Virus record (IMG/VR): IMGVR_UViG_3300020183_000008
Coordinates: 91,271-155,270 of that record
Origin: a virus
Direction: 5' to 3' (one strand)
DNA: 64,000 nucleotides
A model generated the notes under the pieces. The model was not told the origin of the DNA and searched no databases. It saw only the letters and a program-made list of their open reading frames with translations. Shown here in pieces: positions 26,780 to 35,283 of this stretch. The first letter of the stretch is position 1, and every line of letters begins with the position of its first letter. A program made the position numbers and the translations under genes.

Positions 26780-27309
26780 ATCTAAATAGACAGCAAAGGC
26801 GGGCAGCTAACTCCAAAGGTGTTATGCCAAATTTTCAACCACCAGCCGATTTATCCTTGAAATTGGGTGGTATCGTTGAACAACTTCAAGCCTTGCATAA
26901 ACAAAACCTAAAAATAACTGAATTTAATCGCAAACTGTTCGGGAGTTTTACCAAGCTCAAAGAATCTCTCGAAAGAAAAGGTGTTATTACTCAACAAGAC
27001 TTTGATGAAGTCGAGTCTCTGTATTTGAACATGCTCCCTCGTCGAGAGGCTAAAATCAGAGAAATTAACGCTTCAGAAATGACAGATGACATGAAAATTA
27101 AATTCTGCATCGATGATTTTAATTCGCGTGTTCACGGTTACGATAAATACAACATCATTCCTGTTAGAGATTTGAATATTGCACCAGGTCTTGTGGTCGA
27201 ATATCTAACAACCAACGGGTACATCTCCGACAATTTAAAAGTAATGGCTGTGAGTATGGGTGTTCCTGAAATGATGATCTCTAGGAAAGAAGAAGCGCGA
27301 CAGACATGA
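26776..27309 (+). CDS. Hypothetical protein
   Basis: ATGA overlap; N-terminal NRQQRR. Confidence 0.7.
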   Translation: MNLNRQQRRAANSKGVMPNFQPPADLSLKLGGIVEQLQALHKQNLKITEFNRKLFGSFTKLKESLERKGVITQQDFDEVESLYLNMLPRREAKIREINASEMTDDMKIKFCIDDFNSRVHGYDKYNIIPVRDLNIAPGLVVEYLTTNGYISDNLKVMAVSMGVPEMMISRKEEARQT

Positions 27310-27539
27310 AATACAATTTGACGATCGTTGATAAAAACCCTGATATAAAAAATTTTATTTATGCTGGTGTTTCTGAATCTTGTTTATTGCAAGTGAAAGA
27401 AGATTTCAAAAACAAAAATCCAGTTCTTCATTTTAAGTACGATGAGGGTGAAGTTTTAGTATCGGTATCTGAAATTCACTCGTTGGTTATCTCTGACTAC
27501 TCAAATGATCTGGATGACACCTTGGAAGGCGAAATTTGA
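27306..27539 (+). CDS. Hypothetical protein
   Basis: Coupled ORF in operon. Confidence 0.65.
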   Translation: MKYNLTIVDKNPDIKNFIYAGVSESCLLQVKEDFKNKNPVLHFKYDEGEVLVSVSEIHSLVISDYSNDLDDTLEGEI

Positions 27540-27802
27540 TGGATATTTCCGCAATAAGAAACAGGGTGCTCGCTATTCAAGAAGACCTTCATTATTTCGA
27601 TGAAATCCTAAAAAGTAAAGCTAGGTATGAAGTTAATCTTTGGGGAATTCGCGAGCAGAAACAATTCCCTGATGAAAATATTGAAGAATTAAATCAAGCT
27701 GAAGTGGAGCTTTCTCGCAGAATTGCTAATTGTCAGTCTCTATTAGAGAAGACACGAGAAAAACTATTAAAAGCTCTTGGCGTGAGAAGTGAAAAAGGAT
27801 GA
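27536..27802 (+). CDS. Hypothetical coiled-coil protein
   Basis: Coupled ORF in operon. Confidence 0.65.
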   Translation: MMDISAIRNRVLAIQEDLHYFDEILKSKARYEVNLWGIREQKQFPDENIEELNQAEVELSRRIANCQSLLEKTREKLLKALGVRSEKG

Positions 27803-27992
27803 AGTGCTAAAATTTGTTGAGAAGTGTAAGCACTGTGAGAAATGTGCGAAACCCACCCTATTTCTTGAATACGATGGTTTAGTCATCTCTGGGTGTGATG
27901 ATCACATGGTCGAACTGGGTGAGTTGTTAAGAGAAACTGGGTATTATGACAAGTATCTTAATATTGACACAATACCAGAGTCGGATAACTGA
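27789..27992 (+). CDS. Small Cys/His (zinc-binding-like) protein
   Basis: CKHCEKC...CDDH. Confidence 0.6.
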   Translation: MKKDEVLKFVEKCKHCEKCAKPTLFLEYDGLVISGCDDHMVELGELLRETGYYDKYLNIDTIPESDN

Positions 27993-28001
27993 GGTGTCGT
28001 T

Positions 28002-28352
28002 TTGAAAATTTTGATCCTATCAAGAGATAAAATTAGTCAGAATCTATTCAGGTCTAGGATTAAAAATATTTCAAACTACCAATTAGTTGGAACGAACAGC
28101 AATCAAACCGCAGAAGACATCAAGCAAAGACTAGACTTAGCAAAAAACGATGTGATTTTTTTTCACGCACTTAAAAAATCTTTTTTTGTGACCGAACCTG
28201 ATTGGTTGCCCGAACCTGTAGCGGACTACCCGAAAATTCTATGGGGTCAGTGTGATTTGATACTGTACACAAAAACTCTGTTTCAGGGTGGTGGTTACGC
28301 GGTGTTGAAAGGTTCAATTCAGGAATCAGGTTTAGTCATCGAAGAAGAATGA
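28002..28352 (+). CDS. Hypothetical protein
   Basis: SD GAGGT before TTG start. Confidence 0.6.
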   Translation: MKILILSRDKISQNLFRSRIKNISNYQLVGTNSNQTAEDIKQRLDLAKNDVIFFHALKKSFFVTEPDWLPEPVADYPKILWGQCDLILYTKTLFQGGGYAVLKGSIQESGLVIEEE

Positions 28353-28573
28353 CTCAATACATCAAAATCAAAGACTTTTTAACAAATTACCCCTTTAGAC
28401 TTGACCTAGGCTTGCCTTCGAGCCATTCTAATCCCAATCTACGCACGGTTAAAATAAGCTGCAAGATCGAGCATTTATTTCAAATGTCTTATTCATTCAG
28501 CGTTGCAGAATCGAGACCTGTGAAAGGTAGGAAATGATCTTACCATATTACAGCATATTGAAAGGGGTAATGA

Positions 28574-29131
28574 ATGTTATTCGAAACTCAGGTCGATGTG
28601 ATTCTATTAAGAATGTCTGTGCTAAGAGATGAAGATGGGGATCCCGTTGTGGAAAGAGGTCGCCCCAAAACAGAAATTAAAGTGATGCTGTACGATACCG
28701 GTGATGGTTATATGTTACCAGGTAGCGCGATACCTGAAATCCCACCAGAGGAATGCGAAGGTTGTGACCCTTTTGATGACAATGCTCCGTGCGAAGCTGT
28801 AGCGATGGCTTTAGTCGAACAGTTGTCTGGTTTAAGTCCTCTCTACATTGAGGACAATGCTTTTCATCAGTTCACATGGAAAAATTGCACAGATTACAGC
28901 ACAAAACCAGTTTCAGGCAAGGCTGTTCTTTACTATTACGGATTTGTTCAAGAAGAAACCGAGAGTGAATATAGTGCCGTGGAAGCTGTGCTTGCTGAAA
29001 AAGGTTCATCGATCCGATTTTTTTCAGAAGATGAGTTGAAAAAACCTCATTTTCCTTGGTCGGGTGGTGACAAAGATGAAGAGACCATTCAAGAAATTCT
29101 AAGGTTATTCAAGCCTCATCTTGAACACTAG
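28574..29131 (+). CDS. Degenerate Nudix-fold protein
   Basis: VDVILL...YMLPGS...AVAMALVEQLSGLSPLYIE parallels NrtR/ADPRase-type Nudix layout but lacks the RE.xEE box. Confidence 0.45.
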   Translation: MLFETQVDVILLRMSVLRDEDGDPVVERGRPKTEIKVMLYDTGDGYMLPGSAIPEIPPEECEGCDPFDDNAPCEAVAMALVEQLSGLSPLYIEDNAFHQFTWKNCTDYSTKPVSGKAVLYYYGFVQEETESEYSAVEAVLAEKGSSIRFFSEDELKKPHFPWSGGDKDEETIQEILRLFKPHLEH

Positions 29132-29140
29132 GATCCTCTT

Positions 29141-29653
29141 GTGCCTAGCAAAAAAGAAATACACTACACAATTAGCCCTAAGAATGTCGATGAAATAGAC
29201 TTCAGGTCTATCATCGAAACTCTTGCAACACGTTTGCGAATGAAAAGAAACGGTGCTCTTGTATCTCTTTTGAGAAATACAGAATTCGATGGTCGATTTT
29301 TCCGTTTCATTTATTTTGAGGCTGATACTTGGAAGGTTTATGTTCTTTGTCCAAAATGTAGAGAGAAAAAACTAAAATTATACAAACTCGACGATGAATA
29401 TGCTTGCGAAACTTGTCATCACCTTTCTCGACCTACCCGAAGAAGCCCACCAAGAATATCGCAAATTTATTCTAAATATGTACGACCACTAAGACTTTTG
29501 AAAGAAATAGAATCAAAACTCTTGGATCCTCAAGTGGTTCTTAGTGACAGGCAGCGTTCGATACTTGAAAACAAAGCTGCAAAAATTAGAAAAACGATGC
29601 CTGAATACATTCAAGCGTTACGGGAAGAAATACTTGATAAATTAAGTGATTAA
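29141..29653 (+). CDS. Zinc-ribbon protein, possibly a regulator
   Basis: LCPKC...KLY...ACETCHHL; basic C-terminus. Confidence 0.65.
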   Translation: MPSKKEIHYTISPKNVDEIDFRSIIETLATRLRMKRNGALVSLLRNTEFDGRFFRFIYFEADTWKVYVLCPKCREKKLKLYKLDDEYACETCHHLSRPTRRSPPRISQIYSKYVRPLRLLKEIESKLLDPQVVLSDRQRSILENKAAKIRKTMPEYIQALREEILDKLSD

Positions 29654-29692
29654 ACAACTAATCTATAATTTTTATGGTTGCGTGAGAGGTGA

Positions 29693-29968
29693 ATGACCAT
29701 GAAAATAAAGCGAGTGGCTTACAAAGTCGCTGTGAAATATCTGAGCGAAATATCAGAAATGATTGATCCTTCAGACAGTTTAAAAAAAGATGAATCAGCG
29801 AAACCCTCTGATTTGATCATGCAAAAAGATAAGGTTCTATATCACCATCTCAAAGGTGGGGGTGATACAGAAGACTTTGAAAAAACTCCTCAGTTCGATA
29901 AAATCAATTACCTTGTTAGATACTACATCGATAATGAAGGAAAAAAACGCAAAAAGGATTCTTTCTGA
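29693..29968 (+). CDS. Small probable virion protein
   Basis: N-terminal KRVAYKVAVKYL motif shared with head-region proteins. Confidence 0.6.
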   Translation: MTMKIKRVAYKVAVKYLSEISEMIDPSDSLKKDESAKPSDLIMQKDKVLYHHLKGGGDTEDFEKTPQFDKINYLVRYYIDNEGKKRKKDSF

Positions 29969-30528
29969 TGGCTTTATCAAACCTCGCTATGCGCGATTAC
30001 ATCCACTTGAAAAAAGGTGATACGCTCACTTGTGTGGCTGATCAGCTATTGCTTGATCAAGGTTGGAAGGGTGGAACTTTTCTGTCCTTTGCAAACGCTC
30101 TTATCGTAGATGGTAAAGCTGTACCTACAGTAACAGTATCCGATGGTATTTATGGTGGACCTTTAGCTCTTTGGGGTAGCGATGAACCTGAAGACAGGCA
30201 GACATCCTACACTGAGCAATATAAGCGATACCGTTATGTGCAATGCACCTACGGTAATCAGATTTTCTTAACAAGAAATTTTGAGACCGTTTCTTTTTTT
30301 GAGCGAACAGGGTTATCTGTTTTAACAGACAAGTATGGGCAAACGCACTCAGCCTTGAACACCACATCTTACGATTTGGAATATAAAGCAGGGCAGCTTT
30401 TATACGTGTCTGATAGAGGTTACCTGACAGCCGAAAAAATATGCGAAGGGTCGGTTCAATGGGGTATCGTTTTCGCAGAGCCGAATGAAGAAAATTCATA
30501 TTTTCTAGGTGTGGCAAACACTAATTGA
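29968..30528 (+). CDS. Hypothetical protein, possibly capsid-cement-like
   Basis: C-terminal GQLLYVSDRGYLT...GIV resembles GEKLYSSQNGLLT...GIV of 48688..49218. Confidence 0.55.
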   Translation: MALSNLAMRDYIHLKKGDTLTCVADQLLLDQGWKGGTFLSFANALIVDGKAVPTVTVSDGIYGGPLALWGSDEPEDRQTSYTEQYKRYRYVQCTYGNQIFLTRNFETVSFFERTGLSVLTDKYGQTHSALNTTSYDLEYKAGQLLYVSDRGYLTAEKICEGSVQWGIVFAEPNEENSYFLGVANTN

Positions 30529-30551
30529 ACTTTCAGTGAAGAATCCTCAGA

Positions 30552-31892
30552 TTACGCCATTATGTCCTCAAAAGTCACCGTTCTCCCCTTCTCAGCAGGG
30601 TAATTTCGATCTGAGGGTTTTTCTGATGGTATCAGAGGTGATACCTGAGAGGGTCTTTCTGTTCTCGTATTGAACGGTGGTGCAGGTTCTAATGCTTTCA
30701 ATCCAACTTTATATGCGGTGTCTCCGAAATCTAATTGTTGGAGTTGGAACATCTGCTGAAAAATAGCCCCGCGTTGACCTACATAATTTATAGATCCAAC
30801 CGAAAACCTTTCACCTGTTGCTCGAACAACGATATCCCTTTTGTTGAGCATCGGAGAAGGTCCTGTCCACGAATCGAAGGTATAATTCACTCGGAGACCT
30901 ATCTCAGTCAATTCAATGTTTTTCTCAGCATCAGGTGGAGCTATGATAATCTCAAAAGGACCTTCGTAACCACCTACGATGTTAGTACCGAAACAGATGG
31001 GGCAATCATGTGGTGAGTTTTCGTGAGTTTCAGAATACTCAGCGCAATTTTGACCGTTCCATTTTCTAATATAAACCTGAACACGCTCACCGCTTTGCTC
31101 AAGTATCCAACGGTTTCTACGTATAGACTCTTTCCAGATCCAATCGGTTTTTTCTTGTTGGAACAAGGTAACTGCTTTACACGAATTCAACTCGGACTCT
31201 AGTATTTGACCTTCGGTATCAAGAGCTACCGTTGTCAGCTTATAGAATATGCGATTGTGCAGAGATGTTGAAACTTTATTCGAATTGACTTTGTAGCTGA
31301 TGGTCAAAGATCCTGAGATCGCAGTTGGTAGTCTTGGCGGTAAAACTTTTTGTGTTTGTGGATCCAAAATACCAGTGCTGATTAAGATAACATCACCTGT
31401 TCTAGGTTCAATTCGCAGAATCGGTACCTCTAGTAAACCTAAACCATCACCGTTATCGACTTTAACAATTACATCTCTAGTTGTAGCGTAGGGGGCATCC
31501 AAATTATCCGAAACGATTGGGTAGAAACGTGTTTTGAATCTCCATTCCCCTTGAGCATTTAAACCAGGGTCTAAATTCACAACGGACTCATCTTGAATGA
31601 CTGTGTTTGTAGTGTGGTCGCGGTAGACACCAACACCCAAAGGATCGCTGTTCAATTTTTGATATGGTCCTGCTTCAGAATCAAAACTGCGATAAATATT
31701 TACCCCGAGGATCGCACTGAAGATGGTGTTTTCAGGAATGAGTTTGGGGTCATCCCATCTAACATCGAGAACACCGTTGATATAAGGTGATAAAACAAAC
31801 ACATTCATAGGCGGCAAAGGGAGAGATGCGGAGGGCTTAGGCTCCGTTCTGTCAAATGGTTTGTTTGTCTTGTAGACCTCGTTGAATCGCAT
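30552..31892 (-). CDS. Probable neck/head-completion protein with FN3-like N-terminus
   Basis: VRWDDP...GVNIYRS FN3 pattern; GERVQVYIRK...CPICFGTNIVGGY. Confidence 0.5.
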   Translation of the reverse strand: MRFNEVYKTNKPFDRTEPKPSASLPLPPMNVFVLSPYINGVLDVRWDDPKLIPENTIFSAILGVNIYRSFDSEAGPYQKLNSDPLGVGVYRDHTTNTVIQDESVVNLDPGLNAQGEWRFKTRFYPIVSDNLDAPYATTRDVIVKVDNGDGLGLLEVPILRIEPRTGDVILISTGILDPQTQKVLPPRLPTAISGSLTISYKVNSNKVSTSLHNRIFYKLTTVALDTEGQILESELNSCKAVTLFQQEKTDWIWKESIRRNRWILEQSGERVQVYIRKWNGQNCAEYSETHENSPHDCPICFGTNIVGGYEGPFEIIIAPPDAEKNIELTEIGLRVNYTFDSWTGPSPMLNKRDIVVRATGERFSVGSINYVGQRGAIFQQMFQLQQLDFGDTAYKVGLKALEPAPPFNTRTERPSQVSPLIPSEKPSDRNYPAEKGRTVTFEDIMA

Positions 31893-32217
31893 TTAATTTC
31901 CTTGCAAGTTCTTCACACTCGTCAATTTTATTTGCTAAGTATTCAAAAACCGAATTCACTTCTTCCGGAGTAGCTTTACGGTTCAGCATCTCTTTTTCGT
32001 AAATTCTGTCTTTATAGAAAAATCCAATTTGCGAGTTAGCGCAAAGAAATGAAGAATTTTCTTCAAATTCGACTTTTTCTACGAAAAATCCACATGTCAA
32101 AGCAGAAAATTTATCTAAATCAACAATAACTTTGTCTTTTCCTTGTTGTCGGATAACTTGAGCCATCCAGAATACGAATGAGCTAATCGACATCAAAAGG
32201 TACGAGATGGTATTCAT
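31852..32217 (-). CDS. Hypothetical protein, possible N-terminal membrane anchor
   Basis: Hydrophobic first ~20 aa; coupled to uvrD. Confidence 0.6.
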   Translation of the reverse strand: MNTISYLLMSISSFVFWMAQVIRQQGKDKVIVDLDKFSALTCGFFVEKVEFEENSSFLCANSQIGFFYKDRIYEKEMLNRKATPEEVNSVFEYLANKIDECEELARKLNAIQRGLQDKQTI

Positions 32218-33923
32218 GAAGTTATGATATCCAAAAAAGTATTTTTTGCAGGTATACCTTTGAAAGTCGTTTTAGGAAAAGATATAAATAAACGTGTCCT
32301 AGCTCTGGTGATCGCAACGTAATACAAACGGAGTTCTTCCTCTTGGTCTACTCGATGAAACTCAAAGCGATCGTTTCTCAGAGATGGGAAAAGACCATCG
32401 TAAACCCCGATGATGAAAACATTGTCCCATTCAAGACCTTTGCTTGAATGAATTGTGGTGAGGGTGACACCTTCAGATGTTTTTTCATCGACCGAAAACA
32501 TGATATCAGTCACGAATTTTTCTAAATCTTTTTGAGATGATGCGTATTCAAGAAATCTTTCTACCGCAAGGTCTCTCGGTTGGTCTGGGTATTTTTCTTT
32601 CACGTAGGGAATGTAAAATTTCTTTACTTCTTTAAGAAAAGTGCTTGTATCCCTATCAGAAAAAACATTTTGCAATTCTTTAATTGCCTCGTTTTTTACA
32701 TTTTTAATTCCTGACTTAACGATTTCATCAGCAATTTGACTGCCTTTTACTTTTCCAATTTTCGGCAACATCCTAGCAATTCTAGTCCAAGCTATCGTAT
32801 CTTTTGGGTTTGCATAACATCTCAAAAAACAAATCACGTCTTGGATATGGTTTGCTGTAAGAAGGCTCTGTCCGCTCCAAACCGAAAAAGGGACTTGTTG
32901 AGATGTGAGTCTTAGCTGCATTTGCTGAGATGCGTGATGCGACCTATACAGGATCGCCATCGAATCCCAACTGTGACCTTCGCGACGCAATTCAGCCATT
33001 TTGTTGTAAACCCAAGCTGATTCATCACCGCTATTGTCAGGTCTAGCTACGATTATTTTCGGAGCATCAGGTTCATTCCGTATAGGTACAAGTTCTACCT
33101 TTTCGGTCGATGTGAGTTTCCGAACCACCAAATTTGCGACCCTACAGACCTCTTGAGTCGACCTGTAATTTACTGACAAAGGGTAGTCGATGCACCCCTC
33201 GTTCGACCAATCTTGGAATGACTCCAGCGATGCTCCGCGCCAACTATACAGACATTGCGCTGCATCACCGACAATAAAAAGATTGCGTTTAGGGTTTATC
33301 AAAGCCTTGGTAATCTCAGATTGAATAACCGAGTTATCCTGAGCTTCATCGACTAGAACTAATTCGAGATTTAACTTGATAACATCTTTGCGCAAAAGAA
33401 GTAAGAAGTCTTCAAGCAGGTCATCATAATCTTTTAGATTTTTATCAATTTTATACGCTTTAAATTCAGTAGCTAATTTGGCAAGATCAGGATCTTTTAT
33501 AGCCTCGTTCTTGTTTCTCGATGAACTAATCAGAGCTACCAACTCAGAATTTTTACCTTCCCAACCCATGCGTTCAGCTAATTCACCGACAACATCGTGA
33601 ACATCATTTTCAGACATCAGTGTATATTTAAATAATTTTTTCAGGTAATTGTGCGCAAAAGAGTGGAAGGTACCAGAGTAAACTTTTTCAGCGGAGTCAC
33701 CTATGATTTTTTTGAGTCGAGTTTTTAACTCAGACCCCGCTTTTTTGGTAAAAGTTAAAGCGACTATTTTCGATGGATTTACACCCCTTTTAATTTCGTA
33801 TGCTATTTTTGCAGTAAGCAAGGTTGTCTTACCTGACCCTGCTCCCGCAATAACGCGCACGACACCAGAAGGGGCTTTTACAGCCGCTAATTGTTGAGAA
33901 TTTAATTTTGAGAAAATACTCAT
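32214..33923 (-). CDS. uvrD: UvrD/PcrA/Rep SF1A helicase
   Basis: AGAGSGKT, LTFTKKA, VDEAQD, NYRS, TIHSSKGLEW, EELRLYYVAITRA. Confidence 0.96.
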   Translation of the reverse strand: MSIFSKLNSQQLAAVKAPSGVVRVIAGAGSGKTTLLTAKIAYEIKRGVNPSKIVALTFTKKAGSELKTRLKKIIGDSAEKVYSGTFHSFAHNYLKKLFKYTLMSENDVHDVVGELAERMGWEGKNSELVALISSSRNKNEAIKDPDLAKLATEFKAYKIDKNLKDYDDLLEDFLLLLRKDVIKLNLELVLVDEAQDNSVIQSEITKALINPKRNLFIVGDAAQCLYSWRGASLESFQDWSNEGCIDYPLSVNYRSTQEVCRVANLVVRKLTSTEKVELVPIRNEPDAPKIIVARPDNSGDESAWVYNKMAELRREGHSWDSMAILYRSHHASQQMQLRLTSQQVPFSVWSGQSLLTANHIQDVICFLRCYANPKDTIAWTRIARMLPKIGKVKGSQIADEIVKSGIKNVKNEAIKELQNVFSDRDTSTFLKEVKKFYIPYVKEKYPDQPRDLAVERFLEYASSQKDLEKFVTDIMFSVDEKTSEGVTLTTIHSSKGLEWDNVFIIGVYDGLFPSLRNDRFEFHRVDQEEELRLYYVAITRARTRLFISFPKTTFKGIPAKNTFLDIITS

Positions 33924-33966
33924 AGTCTTACTGTAATAATATGAAATAGTAGAAGTAGCAAATCCG

Positions 33967-33977
33967 ATTTCGGCGGA
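33967..33977 (-). promoter_or_regulatory. TCCGCCGAAAT box upstream of uvrD
   Basis: Exact box in the divergent intergenic region, just upstream of a TTGCTA -35-like hexamer on the minus strand. Confidence 0.55.
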
Positions 33978-34026
33978 ACCGATATTACTCTAATTTATAG
34001 ATTTCTCAGGTTCCAAAGGGGAAAAA

Positions 34027-35280
34027 ATGAGCGTATCAAGAGAATCATTTGACATATCAAAAGGCTACCTCGAAGTTCAGTTCAATCAGGATGTTCCTCT
34101 TTTGGACTCAGAACTGAATGAAGCGCAAAAGATTATCCGTTCTTCTATTGAAGATACTAGAAGAGCTGGGTTCGGTACAGCATACGCAGGTGATGAATGG
34201 CGTGTTGTCGTAAGCCCTGACACGAACAGTATTGTTGTAAAAAAAGGCACTTTTTTCCATAATGGCTACGCTGTCCGTTTGCTCCAAGATGTGACAATCG
34301 GATTTCTTACGACACCTGTGACAGATCGTGTCGATACAGTTTTCTGTGAATATTATTTTGGTACAGTTGATGCGACTCTCGATTCAGACATGCTTGATCC
34401 CGCTGTAGGGCTAGAAACATCACAGCGAATCAAACTCTTCTTTTCTATCCGCGTAGGTGAAGGTGTTGCTTTCCCTGTACCTCAAGGTAACAGGTTTTAT
34501 TTTCAGCTTGCAACACTAAGACGTGAAGCCGCAAATCCTAATATCACTGAATCTATGATTGTCGATGACCGATACAGAACAGTTCATACCTATGTTGTTA
34601 ATGGAGCTGAAGTGAAATCCGCAGGTGGACTTGCGGTTTCGGTGACATCAGGTCAAGTACGTGTAGCGGGAAACGATTACTTTGTAGAATCGAACCAACC
34701 TACGATTTCTCTGCCGGGAAATTCGACACGCTATCTCATAATGGCGGGTGAAACTATCTCTCAAGTCGCTCTATTACCTACTTCTTATCATGTGGTTCTT
34801 GCAAGAATCGTAACTGGAAGCTCAGGTATCAATATCATAGAAGATAACAGGGTGTTTCAACCTGTTATTTATGCTCAACCACGAGTGCAACCTGATGTGA
34901 TTGACCCGAACCCTGAGACAGGTGTCGATAAGCAAAGTTATATGGCAGGTGAAGCCGTTCAAAAATTTGGTTTGGTTTATCTGACATCTACATCAAATGT
35001 GGTTCGCAAGGCTTCAAATATTTCAAGCGCAACAGCTCCAGTTGTTGGATTGGCTCTAACTCCTCTCGCTGCAAATAACGAAGGTTCTTTCCTACGTCGA
35101 GGTCAAGTCTATAATCCTTCATGGAATTGGACTCTAGGACTTCCGATTTTTTTGGGATTAGATGGTAATATGACGCAAACACCACCTTCAGCGGATCTAA
35201 CAATTATACAAAAAGTAGCCATGCCCGTGACGCCATCAACGATTGAATTCAATCCTAGCTTTTTTACTGTGAGGAATTAA
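34027..35280 (+). CDS. DUF6519-like tail/baseplate attachment protein
   Basis: SRESFD..KGY.EVQFNQDVPLLDSELNEAQ; GLETSQRIK; C-terminal WNWTLGLPIFLG..G.MTQTPP module. Confidence 0.6.
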   Translation: MSVSRESFDISKGYLEVQFNQDVPLLDSELNEAQKIIRSSIEDTRRAGFGTAYAGDEWRVVVSPDTNSIVVKKGTFFHNGYAVRLLQDVTIGFLTTPVTDRVDTVFCEYYFGTVDATLDSDMLDPAVGLETSQRIKLFFSIRVGEGVAFPVPQGNRFYFQLATLRREAANPNITESMIVDDRYRTVHTYVVNGAEVKSAGGLAVSVTSGQVRVAGNDYFVESNQPTISLPGNSTRYLIMAGETISQVALLPTSYHVVLARIVTGSSGINIIEDNRVFQPVIYAQPRVQPDVIDPNPETGVDKQSYMAGEAVQKFGLVYLTSTSNVVRKASNISSATAPVVGLALTPLAANNEGSFLRRGQVYNPSWNWTLGLPIFLGLDGNMTQTPPSADLTIIQKVAMPVTPSTIEFNPSFFTVRN

Positions 35281-35283
35281 GAG

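Noticed and set aside
28349-28537. 62-aa ORF as a real gene
   Set aside because: Short and featureless, and it overlaps a TTGACC-17-CATTCT promoter-like element; not supportable either way
6162-33923. Bacterial chromosome origin of the window (lon, recA, uvrD, nrdAB, holA/B)
   Set aside because: These genes are compactly interleaved with phage-type SSB, split SbcC and a head/tail module, and no ribosomal or central metabolic operons occur
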